From positions 106,826,001 through 106,890,000 of the forward strand of contig NC_042997.1 in the NCBI RefSeq assembly GCF_006345805.1: DNA of 64,000 bases, read 5' to 3'. Shown piece by piece: positions 1-12,347 of this stretch (positions are counted from its first letter, which is position 1; each line of letters starts with the position of its first letter). The notes below the pieces were generated by a model that was given only the letters and a program-made list of their open reading frames with translations, was not told where the DNA came from and did no database searches. Origin of the DNA: Octopus sinensis (lineage: Eukaryota). The position numbers and the translations under genes are program-made.

Positions 1-349
1 GATCCTTAAATTTTTAATTGAGTGAATCTGATCCCACGTAACTTCAAATTACTAAATTAGATCAATCTGAAACAAATATGCCTATATTTTACAAGAACAG
101 AAAGAAAGAATACAATGAACAATGATTAATCACAGTAGCATTGTTAGTTCTTTAATTTGTCTTTTATACATTTTTAAAAACTTTTTAAAGAATTTTTTTC
201 AAATTTCAATTTTGAATACTCAATGCTGCAGATATTTTCAACTGTCCTTTTAATACCATTTTGAAATAATACACTTGATGAAGTTTTGTGTTTCAGTCAT
301 AATTTTTATTTTTATCATAATACCATATTTGACGGCATAAAAGGGGCTC

Positions 350-542
350 AGGTATATTAGACACACCCCTATTCCAACAGCACATATCCAGTTACAAGTG
401 GTATCCAAGAGATAGAAAAAGGTCACTTGGAAGGCTACCTTAAAAATGGGAAGACAATTTTGTTAAACTATTTGGATCAAGATGGAAAAGAAGAGAGCAA
501 TCAAGAAGGAATTGGAAGTGCATTGTGACCAGTGATGTATAG
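350..542 (+). mobile_element. RTE-clade LINE 3' fragment (decayed ORF2 C-terminus)
   Basis: Translates as WYPRDRKRSLGRLP*KWEDNFVKLFGSRWKRREQSRRNW. This fits the W.P..KR..GRP..RW.D...W C-terminal pattern of RTE ORF2; one in-frame stop. Confidence 0.6.
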
Positions 543-608
543 CAACATCCGATAGTCTGATTGGTACTGTGATACAGTGATATTCAAGAAAAATGTTTTT
601 AGTGAATA

Positions 609-760
609 ACTCTTTCGCATTCAGATTACTCTGTCAAATTTAATTCATATTGTTCTGAATTAACCATGCCTTAGGTATGAAAGGCTAAATTCAGCTGGTT
701 TGAGCAAAAAACAGGTAGAATATTTGGGTTGGATATGACCAGTTTAAATGCTAAAGAGTA
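609..760. mobile_element. piggyBac-like MITE, degraded copy (same family as 18288, 42106, 54875)
   Basis: Shares 'gcattcagattactctgtcaaat...ggatatgaccagtttaaatgctaaagag' with the better-preserved TTAA-flanked copy at 54875-55083. Confidence 0.5.
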
Positions 761-1224
761 AAAACTTATGGGTGACCCAACTTTATATATAGAACCCAGG
801 GTGATTTTTTTTGAAACATTTTAAAACAAAAATGTGTCTTATATGTCATCAAATACAGTAGTTAGCTAATCATTCCTTGTTATTTTGTTTGCGTCTTTCT
901 TCATCACAGTAAGTATGAATATAAGTTGTTATTAATATCCAAAGCATACACCATCTTGTTCTATTTATTGTTTAGCTCAGATCAGTTGTGTTTCTGCAGA
1001 CCTATGATCAAAAGCATTCTAGTCATGATCACCCAATCATTTACCTTGTGTGCACATTTGTGTGTGATGTTAGAGAAATGTAGTTGCTATTTTAGTAGAA
1101 AACTAAACCGTGTAGAAACTCCCTTGTAGGCCTTCTTAGTTGTTTCACACATTATTTTGTGATCTTTTTTCTCCATTTTTTTTTAGGTTTTGGTTATCAT
1201 TGTTGCTATTATTATGAGTTTTTC

Positions 1225-1558
1225 TTTCAATTATTATTATCATTCAGTAGTTTTATTTTTATAACGGGCTTTCACTTCACTACCGAGCGCAGTTCTGTGT
1301 GCCTTGGGTATGTGCTGTGATTTGTTGTGATGCTCTGATGGTTACTGTATTGAAAGTGTTCTGCGTAGGACGTGTGCAGTGCCTAATAGTGCAATTTTCT
1401 CTATGTTATATGTGTTTGTAAGTCCTGGTGTTTTTGTTATGTATTTGTCTGAATATTTTTTTTATCATGCCTAATGCATCTACTATGATAGGAATTGTTT
1501 CTGTTTTTAGATTCCACATTCTAGTTACCTCTATTTCCAGGTCTTTGTATTTTGAAAG

Positions 1559-1560
<2 letters not shown>
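1225..1560 (-). mobile_element. 5'-truncated R4/Dong-clade non-LTR retrotransposon (restriction-like endonuclease C-terminus) in an (ATT)n tract
   Basis: Minus strand reads KLSKYKDLEIEVTRMWNLKTETIPIIVDALGMIKK, then frameshifts in an A-run. This resembles the K..KY.DL..E...W....IP..GALG RLE motif. Flanked by ATT repeats on both sides. Confidence 0.65.
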
Positions 1561-1591
<31 letters not shown>

Positions 1592-1592
1592 T

Positions 1593-1649
<57 letters not shown>

Positions 1650-1660
1650 TAATAATAATA
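1559..1660. repeat. Abutting (ATT)n and (AAT)n microsatellites forming a palindrome
   Basis: About 10 ATT units followed directly by about 20 AAT units. Confidence 0.9.
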
Positions 1661-1671
1661 AAAAATAAAAA

Positions 1672-2825
1672 AAGGCAGTGAGCTGGCAGAATCATTATCC
1701 TGGTGGACAAAATGCTGAGTGGCATTTCTTCTGTTTTTATGTTCCAAATTCAAATGCTGCTGAGGTCAACATCGCTTTTTGTCCTTCAGGGTTGACGAAA
1801 TAAGTACTAGTTGAGCATTGGGGTCAATGTAATCAACTAGCTTCCTCTCCACAAAAAATTCAGACCTCACACCTATAATAGAAAGGATCCTCCTCCTCAT
1901 CATCATCATCACCATCACCACCATCATCATCATCATGGTAGTGTAGCAAGCTGGCTGATCCTATACTGCACCCAGACTTTGTGACATTTCTTCTAACTTT
2001 AGTTTCTGAGTTCAAATGCCAGGGTTGACTTTTCTTTTTTCTTTTCAGGGTTGATAAAATAAATACCAGTCAAGCACACACAGTCAATCTCATTGACTTC
2101 TCCCTCTATAAAGTTGCTGGCCTTGTGCCTAAAGTAGAAAGAATCACTTGTTATGGCACTACATTATACTTGTCAATTTAAATAACTACATTTTCTTAAT
2201 ACTGTGAGACAAAAATGATTATTTTGGTTAAGTAGTTATCTATAACAAACATTGTAGTTTAGGAAATCCATTATACAGTGACAGCTACATTTCCTTTTGT
2301 TCTACTACTTTGCTACCAAATATCAGGTATGTTTTTATTGTTTTTGCTGTTGCTAAGGTGAGGAGCTGGCAGAATTATTAATGCATCAGACAAAATATCT
2401 AGTGGCATTTCTTCCACTTCTTTATACTCTGAGTTCAAATTCTGCCAAGATCACCGTTACTTTTATTCTCGTGGGGCTGATAAAATGAAGTACCAGTCAA
2501 GTTCTGGAGTTGATGCAAGCAACTTTGCCCCTACTCTAAAATTGCTGGCTTTGTGCCAAAATCTGAAACCTTTGTTGTTGTTGTTGTTATCATCATCATC
2601 ATTGTCTAAGGCGGCGAGCTTGCAGAATTGTTGGCATGCTGGGTGAAATGCTTAGTAGTATTTTGTCCTTCTTCATGTTCTGTGTTGAAATTCTGCTGAG
2701 GTTGACTTTGCCTTTCATCTTTTCAGGGTCAATAAATTAAGTATCAATGAAACACTGAAGTCGATGTAATCAACTCATCCCCTTCCCTAAAATGGCTACC
2801 CTTGTGGCAAAATTTGAAACTGTTG

Positions 2826-2871
<46 letters not shown>

Positions 2872-3070
2872 GGTGAGCTGGCAGAATTGTTAGAACACCA
2901 GGCAAAATGCTTAGCAGTATTTCATCCATCTTTACATTCTGAGTTCAAATTCCACCAAGGTTGATCCTTTCAGGGTCAATAAACTAAGTTCCAGTTGAGC
3001 AGTGGGGCTAGTGTAATCAACTCAAAACCCCTTCCTGAAATTACTGGCCTTATGCCAAAATATGAAACCA
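1672..3070 (+). mobile_element. Cluster of about 5 tandem tRNA-head SINE copies (family 1) separated by microsatellites
   Basis: Repeated 'ggtgagctggcagaat...tgagttcaaattc...gttgactttgcctttcatcctttcagggtcaataaa...gtaccag...ggccttgtgccaaaatttgaaacc' near 1672, 1945, 2353, 2607 and 2871. Contains a B-box-like GAGTTCAAAT. Confidence 0.8.
2263..2326 (+). CDS. Candidate exon A of plus-strand spliced gene, unknown product
   Basis: tttag acceptor, CAG|gtatgt donor; open frame NPLYSDSYISFCSTTLLPNIR, end phase 2 matching exon B. Confidence 0.25.
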
Positions 3071-3121
3071 TTATTGTTATTATTATTGTTTCCTCAGAAT
3101 GCTTTCTTCTTAATTTTTTAG

Positions 3122-3183
3122 GAATCTTGAGAAAACTGAGAGTCATCTTTCCAGTCCCAGTTATTACTCATTAAATAAAATTG
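3122..3183 (+). CDS. Candidate exon B of plus-strand spliced gene
   Basis: ttcttcttaattttttag acceptor, TTG|gtaact donor; only one open frame (NLEKTESHLSSPSYYSLNKI), phase 2 to 1. Confidence 0.35.
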
Positions 3184-3498
3184 GTAACTATCTCTGTATG
3201 AATAGAGACAATATAGAGTAGTGAGTAAGTCTTGCAGGGTACAAGGCAATCTCACTGATGCTGGTGCCATGATAAAATGCAACTAGTACACTCTCTAAAG
3301 TTGTTGGGGAATGAGTGAAGACATTACATAGTTGAGATGATTGTTTAGCCTGGTTGAGAACCTCTCTATGTTGGTGCAATGATAACATGCATTCATAGTG
3401 CACTCTATATAGTAGTTGGTGCTAGGAAAGGAATCCAGTTGTGTAAACCTTGGTAAAAATGAAATATATGAGTAGCTATTTTCTTCTATCCCATATAG

Positions 3499-3576
3499 AA
3501 GAGAAATATCTCAGGATAAAAACTAACTTAGACTGTGATGTTCTCTCCATGGAAAGTGATGATGAGGATGAGATTG
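3499..3576 (+). CDS. Candidate exon C of plus-strand spliced gene
   Basis: ttcttctatcccatatag acceptor, TTG|gtaatg donor; only open frame EEKYLRIKTNLDCDVLSMESDDEDEI, phase 1 to 1, matching exon B. Confidence 0.35.
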
Positions 3577-6145
3577 GTAATGCCACTGATGCCAACTCTG
3601 ACAATAACAATCTTTGTAGTATGGCTAAATTGCCACTTACTGAGTGAAAGTAGGACTGTCCTTTAGAGATGTATGTATCTGGATGAGGACATTTAACTAG
3701 ACAAAATATGGAATGCAAGCAACCCATATATATATATATAGTCATTTGTAATATAGTATTAACTCCAGGAACAAGAAACTCCAAGCAGCACCTCAAAATC
3801 AATAAATGACATGAGGGAGGGATTTTATCTGGTCTATTGGTATCTAATTAGAAAAATTTCAAGAGGTGAGTTGTAATGGTAAGGATGATGTTTATAGCAG
3901 TAATTACTATTATAGTGGTGGTGATGGTGGTTGTGGTGGTGGTGACAGTGGCGCCACTGCTGCTGTCATCGTCATTGCAATGATTATGGTAATTACAATG
4001 AACTGAATGATAATTGTAAATACGATGAAGTAGATGGCAATGATAATGATAATTATGAAGAAGTGGACTATGATGATATGATGATGTTGCTGCCATCACT
4101 GATGACATAGATGACCATGGCGATAATGATAAATTGATAATGATGATAATAGTATTTTTGATGAAGTGGATAATATGGAAATGATAATTAGAAATGGGCG
4201 GTGCTATTAAATTAGACATGGCCGAAACCTATCAAAGTTATTTATAAATAGATGACAATCACAGTGATGATAATAGTACAAACAGCAACCACTAAGTGGA
4301 TAGACTCTTGATTTATGTATTTGAGATGTGGTCCCTCAGAGTGAAGACAAAGGATTTCTCATAAATAGTGGAAATGGAAAGCATTGAACCTTGGTGCTTA
4401 ACTACCACTGTAGCTCTCTCTGCTATAAACATGGGTCCACATCGCCATCACTGCTGCCTCTGTCTTTGCCATGGTTACTGCCATTATTTAATGTCTGCTT
4501 TTCTTTGCCTGCACATGTCAGATGGAGTTTGCTGAAGCAGATTTTCTACAGCTGGATGCCCTTACTTCAAACAACTCCTGTCTGTTTCCAAGCAAGTTAA
4601 CATTTCCCAGTACCAGAAACATGACCATACATGTTTTTCAGAAAAGACTGGAAATGAACATAACTTGTATGATGGTGATGCTTGCTTACAGCCATTACAT
4701 CGTGTTACAGTGAGGGTAGACACAAACACATATATGGGCATGCACACAAGCACACACACACACACTCACACACACACAAGCTTCTTTCAGTTTCTATCTG
4801 CTAAATCCACTTACAAGGCTTTAGTCACCCAGTGGCTATAGTAGAAGCCACTTACCCAAGATGCTGTGCTGTGGCACCAAACCCAAAACCACATGGTTGA
4901 AGAACTGACAGAAATTAAACTAATTATCATGATGATGATGATGATGATGATGACTGGGATGACAATCATTTTAAACCTAATTGTAAATATCTATGATCAA
5001 AGGTTTTCCAGAACCTTCCTATCATTTTAGAGAAATCTAGAAAGTCATTATCCAATATGTCCTTCTCTTTTTCGTGATGTTAAGATATAATTCGAGGGAA
5101 ATTTAGCTGTTATTTCTTGCAAGTTGAGCAACCATATTTTGTTGATGAAGGAGGTCGTACTATGATACTGATGATAGCGAAGATGATGGCAATGATAATG
5201 GTGATGACAATAATAGTAATGATGTCAATGATGATAGTTTATTTACTATAGGAACATCAGATGAGATGGGTACATTACAAGGAGAGTTCACATGATAAAA
5301 TGTGCCCAGTCTATTCTATGAAGTAGTTTGTGATAAGGAGGACATACAACTGTAAAAATCATTTTGTTAAAATGAAAAAATAGTTGTGTTGTCAGATGAC
5401 AAAGAGCCATGACAGAAGGTGAGATGCTTTAGAACCCATGCAACTTATGCAAGCATGTTAAAAAAAGGACATAATTTTATTATTGTTTACTTCTTTGTTA
5501 TGTACATTGGTAATTCCCTCATAACTTACCTTAACCCTTTTCTTACTGTATTTAGCCTTCCAGCTTTCTAGCCCTGGTCAAACTGTCCAACCCATGCCAG
5601 TATGGACAACAGATGTTAAATGATGATAATGATGATGATGATCCCTAGGTTTAACAGGCTGTCATTATTTTCAGAATGCCTTGAATATCCCAATAAGCTC
5701 TGGCTTCATGAGCCTGTAGGCTCAAGGCAGACTTTATTCACTCTGGTAGACAGCTGGATCATAATAGAGAGAAATTTGAAGTTGAAATAAACACTGTCAA
5801 ATAACAGACCCCGAAACAGAAGGTACATTATTCTCTAGTACAGTGATTCCCAGACTTATTTTGTCATGGAATCCTCATAGTTTCCCAAAAATCACAGTAC
5901 CTATACTATATTTTACAGACACTACTCCTCCTCCACCTCACCACCACCCTAATTTAAATAAGACATTAATCATCATCATCATCACCACCACCATTTAATG
6001 TCCATTTTTCCATGCTGGTATGGGTTAGATGGTTTGACAGGAACTGATGAGCCAGAGGACTGCACTAAGCTTCAGTGTCTGCTTTGACATGGTTTCTTTG
6101 GTTGGATACCCTTCCTAATGTCAACCACCTTCTAGAATGTATTGG

Positions 6146-6186
<41 letters not shown>

Positions 6187-6455
6187 AAGTATATTTATAT
6201 ATAAAACAAAATGTTACTTAATATGAAAATAGTGAATACCATAGTTTTCATTAAAAAAATTTCGTATTAAGTTATATTAAAAGACAAAAAGCACTTTTTT
6301 TTTAATAGAACTCTGGAATTTTTTTCACAAAAACCACTTTGCGAAAAGCTGCTCTTGTACATAACCTATGAGGTGTTGTCTTGTCTCCACTTTTCTTTGT
6401 AATTTATCTGTTGGGATATAAGTTTCTGTTTAGCTATGTTTTGTTCTAATTTTAG

Positions 6456-6487
6456 CCGATTTCCAAAACAAAGTCTATCTTTGTATT
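6456..6487 (+). CDS. Candidate micro-exon of plus-strand gene
   Basis: ttgttctaattttag acceptor, gtaagt donor; phase 1 to 0 reading ADFQNKVYLCI. Confidence 0.25.
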
Positions 6488-7094
6488 GTAAGTATAAAAA
6501 TGCTTCTGCCAGTTAATTATATAGTCTGTTAATTATAGATTCTATGATTCTAAAGCCACTGGCTGGCAAAAGCAATCACGTGTGAGTCTGTGTGTGTCTA
6601 CATACACACATACACATTACATGTGGTGGGGTTTATATGCTTCAGATATCAAGAAAATCTTCTTTCAATGTACAAAGATTGCTGGCTTAACTCCAAATTT
6701 CATACAATAAACTTATATTGTGTGCGAGCATGCATGCATGTGTGTGTCTTGTTTTCCTTTTGTGATTTTCCTATCAGTCTGTGGCAATTTAAATTCTTGA
6801 ACCTATACCAGTGTTATCAAATACTTAATACTCAATAAGTTACTACCCTCATCCTACTTAGTTTTCTTGTTCTTTTAATTTAGTAATTATAAAATAAAGA
6901 AAATCTTTTAAGATAAATTTTGCATGATTTAAATCATACCACTTTGACCAGTCTGGTTTTGACATCATTATTTTATCATGATAGGGAAAACTTCATTTAA
7001 TGTTAGGTTTTGATTAGTTTTTTTTTTTTTTTTGGACATGGATTTATGTTTCACTTCTAACCATGATATTTTATTGGTCTTTGGGTTTTTTCAG

Positions 7095-7175
7095 AGTCAT
7101 AGGGATGCCTTTTTGACATATACAGCATGTCTTAAGCATTTAGGCCTAGTGGAGCTCAGTATTCTCCAAGTTTGA
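7095..7175 (+). CDS. Candidate stop-containing exon of plus-strand gene
   Basis: ttttttcag acceptor; phase 0 reading SHRDAFLTYTACLKHLGLVELSILQV* (TGA 7173-7175); gtaagt donor at 7207. Confidence 0.25.
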   Translation, partial: SHRDAFLTYTACLKHLGLVELSILQV

Positions 7176-7213
7176 TCATAGCTGATTTTTCTTCTTCTGT
7201 GTGTATGTAAGTG

Positions 7214-7254
<41 letters not shown>

Positions 7255-8288
7255 AACCCCAGTAATTAACTGATACTTTATCTACTTGAAAAGGATGACG
7301 GACAGGGCTGACTTTGGCAGAATTTGAACTCGGAGTGTAGAGAGCCGGAGTGAATACTGCTAGCATTCTACCTACCACTCTGAGAGCTCTTCTAATTTGA
7401 TTCCTGGTTATTAATTTGGTAGAATTGTTTCAAGGTAATTAAGGTTAAAAAAGATGATGAATTATATTGACTTTTAATAATTTTTTAAAGCTCAAACTGT
7501 AAGATACTGAGCACCTTATACATTCCACTGTTCTATCTTGTAATTAATGATTAAATAACCATTCCATCTTTTAATCTGCTCTGTTGGTATCAGTTAAATT
7601 TTATTGTTCAGTTTGCTTTCTAGGTATTCTACTCATGAGTATATTAGGTATTTTGGATACATGGAAGCAAATTTTTTACCAGAAAAGATCAAATTTTAAA
7701 GAATTTGAAAAAGTTGAGTGTCTTATATAGATGTCATTGTCATCATCTTCACCATCATCATCATTTAACATCTGTTTTCCATTCTGGTATGCACATGTTG
7801 GTTTGACAGCTCCAATTTCAGCTTTGGCATAACTTCTGCAGTTGGATAGCCTTCCTCATACTAATCACTTTACAATGTGTACTGAGTGGGGTTTTTTTTT
7901 TCATGCCACCGGCACTAGTGGATTGCCTTGTAACTTGCTAGATGGGAAAAGAACAGGAAAAATGATCCCTGCCTCTTCAACTATGTAGGGTAGGGCCTTT
8001 GAAATGGGCAGTGAATTTATGCAAGGTTATGAGAAACTAAAGTATAATATAGGGACAAGCACAGGTGTCTTCAATAAAGGAGATACATGGCTATCCTGCA
8101 TTATGTAATGGTGGGAAGAAGTGGCTGGAAAGAATGTAGAGATAGGGATGAAGAGATGCCAGAGCATCTCAAAATACAAGAGTATATAAGAGGGGACACA
8201 GATGGTAGATCAAAGGGGAAAGCGGGTAGTTTCATAAGTATGTAAGGGGAGAGTAAAAGATGATTATATTTTCATATTAAGGATTTAC

Positions 8289-8312
8289 CTACTATGAAAT
8301 CTTGGCATTTGA
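8289..8312 (-). CDS. Candidate 24-nt exon of minus-strand gene
   Basis: ttttacatttaatttgtag acceptor, AG|gtaaat donor; phase 2-2 reading CQMPRFHS. Confidence 0.3.
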
Positions 8313-8534
8313 CTACAAATTAAATGTAAAAACCTTAATGTTTTAATTTATTTTAATTTATTACTGAACTCAGAATCTCTCCAAATAAATCATGTCAATT
8401 CTGAGACTTCTGCTCTGAATTTCACCTGCCGTATACAGTTGTACTTGTATATAAAGTCTATTTTAATTTTTGCTAGTTTTATTTAGAAACTTCAAATTAT
8501 GTAACAGTATTCTGTTACATAATCTAAAACTCAC

Positions 8535-8621
8535 CAGACAGATTTTCTGCCTCTGATTGTCTCCAAATTAAAGTGGTGCCATCTCACATAATCTATTATT
8601 TTGTAGCCATCAAAACAAACT
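8535..8621 (-). CDS. Candidate exon of minus-strand gene
   Basis: CTG|gtgagt donor, weaker aag acceptor; only open frame VCFDGYKIIDYVRWHHFNLETIRGRKSV, phase 2-2. Confidence 0.35.
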
Positions 8622-9419
8622 CTTTAATTGGAAGCAGACATGTTATCAACAGAAATATAAAGAGGAAATTTTAGCTTTTGTCTACTGATCTATATTTAGA
8701 TATATGAACCATATATATCTAAATAGCAGTATTAAAATATCTTGCAGTGAATTTCAGAAATTGTTGTGAACTCACACAATAGTCTTTGTAGAATAGAAGC
8801 ATAAATATTCCTGCTTGTGGCATGCAAGATTGTTCAGATGTCCCCTATGAATAACTTAAGATTGTTATCTAAATAAGAACTAATTGAAAGGATCATTATC
8901 TCTTATATTTGCTCATCATTATATCAAGCTTCCTGTCTCTAGAAATCTGATACTCCAATGTCATTAAATTGGATGTAATTATTGGCTCTATTATCAAAAT
9001 TACCATTTAAAACACTTGTAAGGATTGGCTGCAATAATCTCTCTAAGAATGGCAAATACAAATTCCTGTCAGTGTTTAAGTGAAAAAATTAAATTATTTA
9101 TAGCTGCTGATGTATATATATGTATATATATATATATATTTCCTTCTGGCTGTCACTGGGTTAAGTGACAGCTGGAGGGAAAGGATAATGGAGCTGAGAA
9201 GGTGTCTATATCTGCTCACAACTACATAACCGGCTAAAATGATTAATAAGAGCACAGCACAAATTGAAAGTGACAGTGGGCTATACTTCTCAGTTGTGGA
9301 TTGCCTTGTGCTTTGTAGAGGATCCATAGTTTTGGATGGCTGAAGTATTTTCTGATTAGGGCTGGCCTAGAGACTCAATAATTACAACTCTCAGTTTTAC
9401 ATTCCAATTGATAAATGTT

Positions 9420-9760
9420 TTCCATCCATGCATCCATTTTCTCTGCCGTCTATTCTTAGGAGGGTCATAGAGGTAGAGTCCTCAGGCACCTCCTCCATAG
9501 GATCCTATCAGAAGCAAGTGTCATTATACTTTCCAGCTGGATTCCCAAGCACGACCAACTGAGTCTATGAATATTATCCAAGCATCTTATTCTTGGCCTA
9601 CCTCTATGTCTCCTGCTGGTTGGCTCAGCTTGAAGAATCTGTCTTGCAACTCTTTCCTGCAACATTCTAATCACATGTTTTTTCACTCCTCTGTTTCTCT
9701 ACAAACAATCCTAGTTACCTCCAGCATTTCAGTTTACTTAATGCCATGAGACCTTGCTTA
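9420..9760 (-). mobile_element. RTE-clade LINE 3' end (Rex3/Expander-like)
   Basis: ORF 9465-9686: HVIRMLQERVARQILQAEPTSRRHRGRPRIRCLDNIHRLSWSCLGI...DRILWRRCLRTLP, followed by a (GGAT)n-like tail. Confidence 0.7.
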
Positions 9761-10496
9761 ATTGAATGACATTACACCTAATGCTTGCTTACAAAACAGC
9801 TTTGAAACTACAAACATAAAATAGCAATCAAATAAAATGTTCCTTTCCTTCTTGTGTGGATAAGGTGAAATTTAAGATGGCTTTCTGCACCCATTAGACT
9901 AGTAGCTAACTCTACATTGTTTTGCTTAGCAGGTGGAACTATTTCTGCAATAATTTGGACCAATCATTGCAAATAAAACAGCTGTTATTGTGTAGGCTAT
10001 AAGCATGTAACTGTTCAAATATTAAGCACAGTTAAGTGCTCCTGATCTAGCAATTTTGCTCTTGTCAAACAAGCCAGCTTATATTTAGGTTAGGCACTAC
10101 TGTTGTTGCAAAATCAAACTGGCCTCTGGCCAGTTTACTGTGCATGAGAATCTAAACCAGCCTAACTTCAAGTTTATTTATCTATTTATTTATTTATTTT
10201 ATATTTAACTAATTCTTTCAGAATATGTCAACCTGTCCTTTAGAAAATTTTCTTAGATGTCACAGCTGTTAGTGTATATATTTTGGTTATTTTCTCTCTA
10301 TTATCAACAACAAATCTCCTCTGTATCTGAAGATCTCAAGTTTATAGTGTCAGTATGTTTAATTTTTTTTCCTCCTTTACTTTTAAAGTTTATGTCATTC
10401 TTAGAATGTCATTCATATTGATTAGCTTTTAAAAATTTTGCTATCTATTTGGTCCAGACTTATGCCGTTTCATATAACAGTTGATATTTTACTGTG

Positions 10497-10870
10497 TAAG
10501 CATGGCTTTGTGGTTAGAATTTAGCTAGCTTCCCAACTGTGTGGCTCCAGGTTCAGTCCCACTGTGTGACACCTTAGGTGAGTGTCTTTTACTATAAACT
10601 CAGGTTGACCAAAGTCTAGTGAGTAGATTTGTTAGGCGAAACTGAAAGAAGCCTGTTATGTGTGTGTGTGTTTCTTTGTGTTTGTCCACCACCATTACTG
10701 CTTGACAACCAGTGTTATTTTGTTTATGTCCTCATGACTTAGCATCTCAGCAAAAGAGCCTGACAGAATGAGTATGAGGCGTAAAAAATAAGTACTGGGG
10801 TTGATTCATTTAACACTAAAACCCATCAAAGTGGTACCCTAGCATAGCCACATCCAATGACTGAAATAAG
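10497..10870 (+). mobile_element. tRNA-head SINE family 2 copy
   Basis: 'catggctttgtggttag...ggttcagtcccactgtgtgacacctt...gaaactgaaagaagcc' + (TG)n + 3' half; many further copies in the window. Confidence 0.75.
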
Positions 10871-11067
10871 TAATATATTTATATATATATGTTTATGGAT
10901 TTATGTTGCAACATTCATGATGTGAAACTATGTGTTGAAACAGATATTGTTATATTTTGGGATGGGTTTTTTTTTTGTCTTTTTTTTTTGCCAAATAAAC
11001 ACATGCACTATATATTCATTCTTCACTTGTTTATTACTGTTCTAAATTTATACATTGTCAATTGTAC

Positions 11068-11214
11068 TAATGTTCTGAGTTCAAATTCTGCCAAGGTTGA
11101 CTTTGTCTTTCATCCTTTTGGGATTGATAAAATAAGTACTAGTTCAATACTGGAGTTGATATAATTGACTATCCTCTCCCACAAAATTGCTGGCTTTGTG
11201 CCAAAATTTGAAAC

Positions 11215-11278
<64 letters not shown>

Positions 11279-11465
11279 GCAGTGAGCTGGCAGAATTGTT
11301 AGCACACTTGACAAAATGCTTGGCAGCATTTCATCCATATTCTGAGTTCAAATTTCACTGAGGTCAACCTTCATCCTGTTAAGGGATGGTCAGTTATATT
11401 GGAAGCAATATAATCCACTTCCCCACACCCCTAAATTTCTAGCCTTGTACCAAAATAAGGAAAGA
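11068..11465 (+). mobile_element. Two SINE family 1 copies separated by (ATT)n
   Basis: Same consensus as the 1672-3070 cluster; about 19 ATT units between copies. Confidence 0.75.
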
Positions 11466-12137
11466 TCATCATCATCATCATCATCATTTTATAATAATAG
11501 CAAATATAAATTTTGGGTGGGTGGTTGGTTGGTTGATATCTCCATGAGAAAGAGATAAAGAGAGAGTTAACACTAGAGATGCAGGATGTGTGCAAATGCT
11601 ATGGTTGGTGGCAAGCAAAGTATAAAAGAACACTGCATTGACACAGTGAGAGAGAAAGAATCATAGAGACAGAGTAGGAGGAGGAGAAGGAATAACTGAC
11701 AGAATAGTTATACAACAGAAATTAATTTTTAATTTTATTTTACAAAAGTTAATTGTTATGTGAATAATAACACAGTGGTATATATTGGTTTCAAATTTGG
11801 CACAAGGCTAGCCAGCTCGGAGGAGGGGTTAAGTTGATTACAACGACCCCAGTGCTCAATTGGATGAAAGGTAAAGTTGGCACTAGTGGAGTTTGAACTG
11901 AGAACATAGAGACAGATGAAATACCGCTAAGTATTTTGCTTGGCATACTCACAATTTTGTCAGCTCGCCACCATACCACTCTGGTTAGTATATGTTAACA
12001 GAAGAATATCATGTGTGTGTCTGTGTATTTTTAATCATTTAGAGATGAAGTTAATTCGACATTATTTAAAATAGAACTATTTTGCCAAGATACAGAAAGA
12101 ATAGGAGTATTGTCATTTAATCTCTTTTGATACCAAC

Positions 12138-12347
12138 CTGCTTGAGACTGCTCTTGATTCTATGATGCAAACTGCCTGTTTCAAAAGATCTGAATTAAGA
12201 TTTCCATCGAACTTTCTTGTTAATTTGTGTTTCAAACACCAGCTTAACAATGACAAAATTATTTTACCAAATTTTTCGTTATTTCTAAAATTAATTAAAC
12301 TAATGTCAGGGTATTTCAACTGGCATATGGTACCCAGGGGGTTAAAC
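12138..12347 (-). CDS. Candidate 210-nt exon of minus-strand gene, unknown product
   Basis: ttttcttgctttacatag acceptor, CAG|gttggt donor; open frame FNPLGTICQLKYPDISLINF...QAVCIIESRAVSSR, phase 2-2; lies within ORF 12113-12436. Confidence 0.4.

Noticed and set aside
2276-2312. SLC6 transporter motif (VTATFPFVLL)
   Set aside because: The short resemblance is in a frame inconsistent with the downstream exons, and no other SLC6 exons were found.
5675-5822. Exon with a single in-frame TAA, possibly rescued by A-to-I editing
   Set aside because: Splice-like pairs are frequent by chance in AT-rich DNA, and there is no independent evidence. The same applies to 26091-26169, which has an in-frame TGA.
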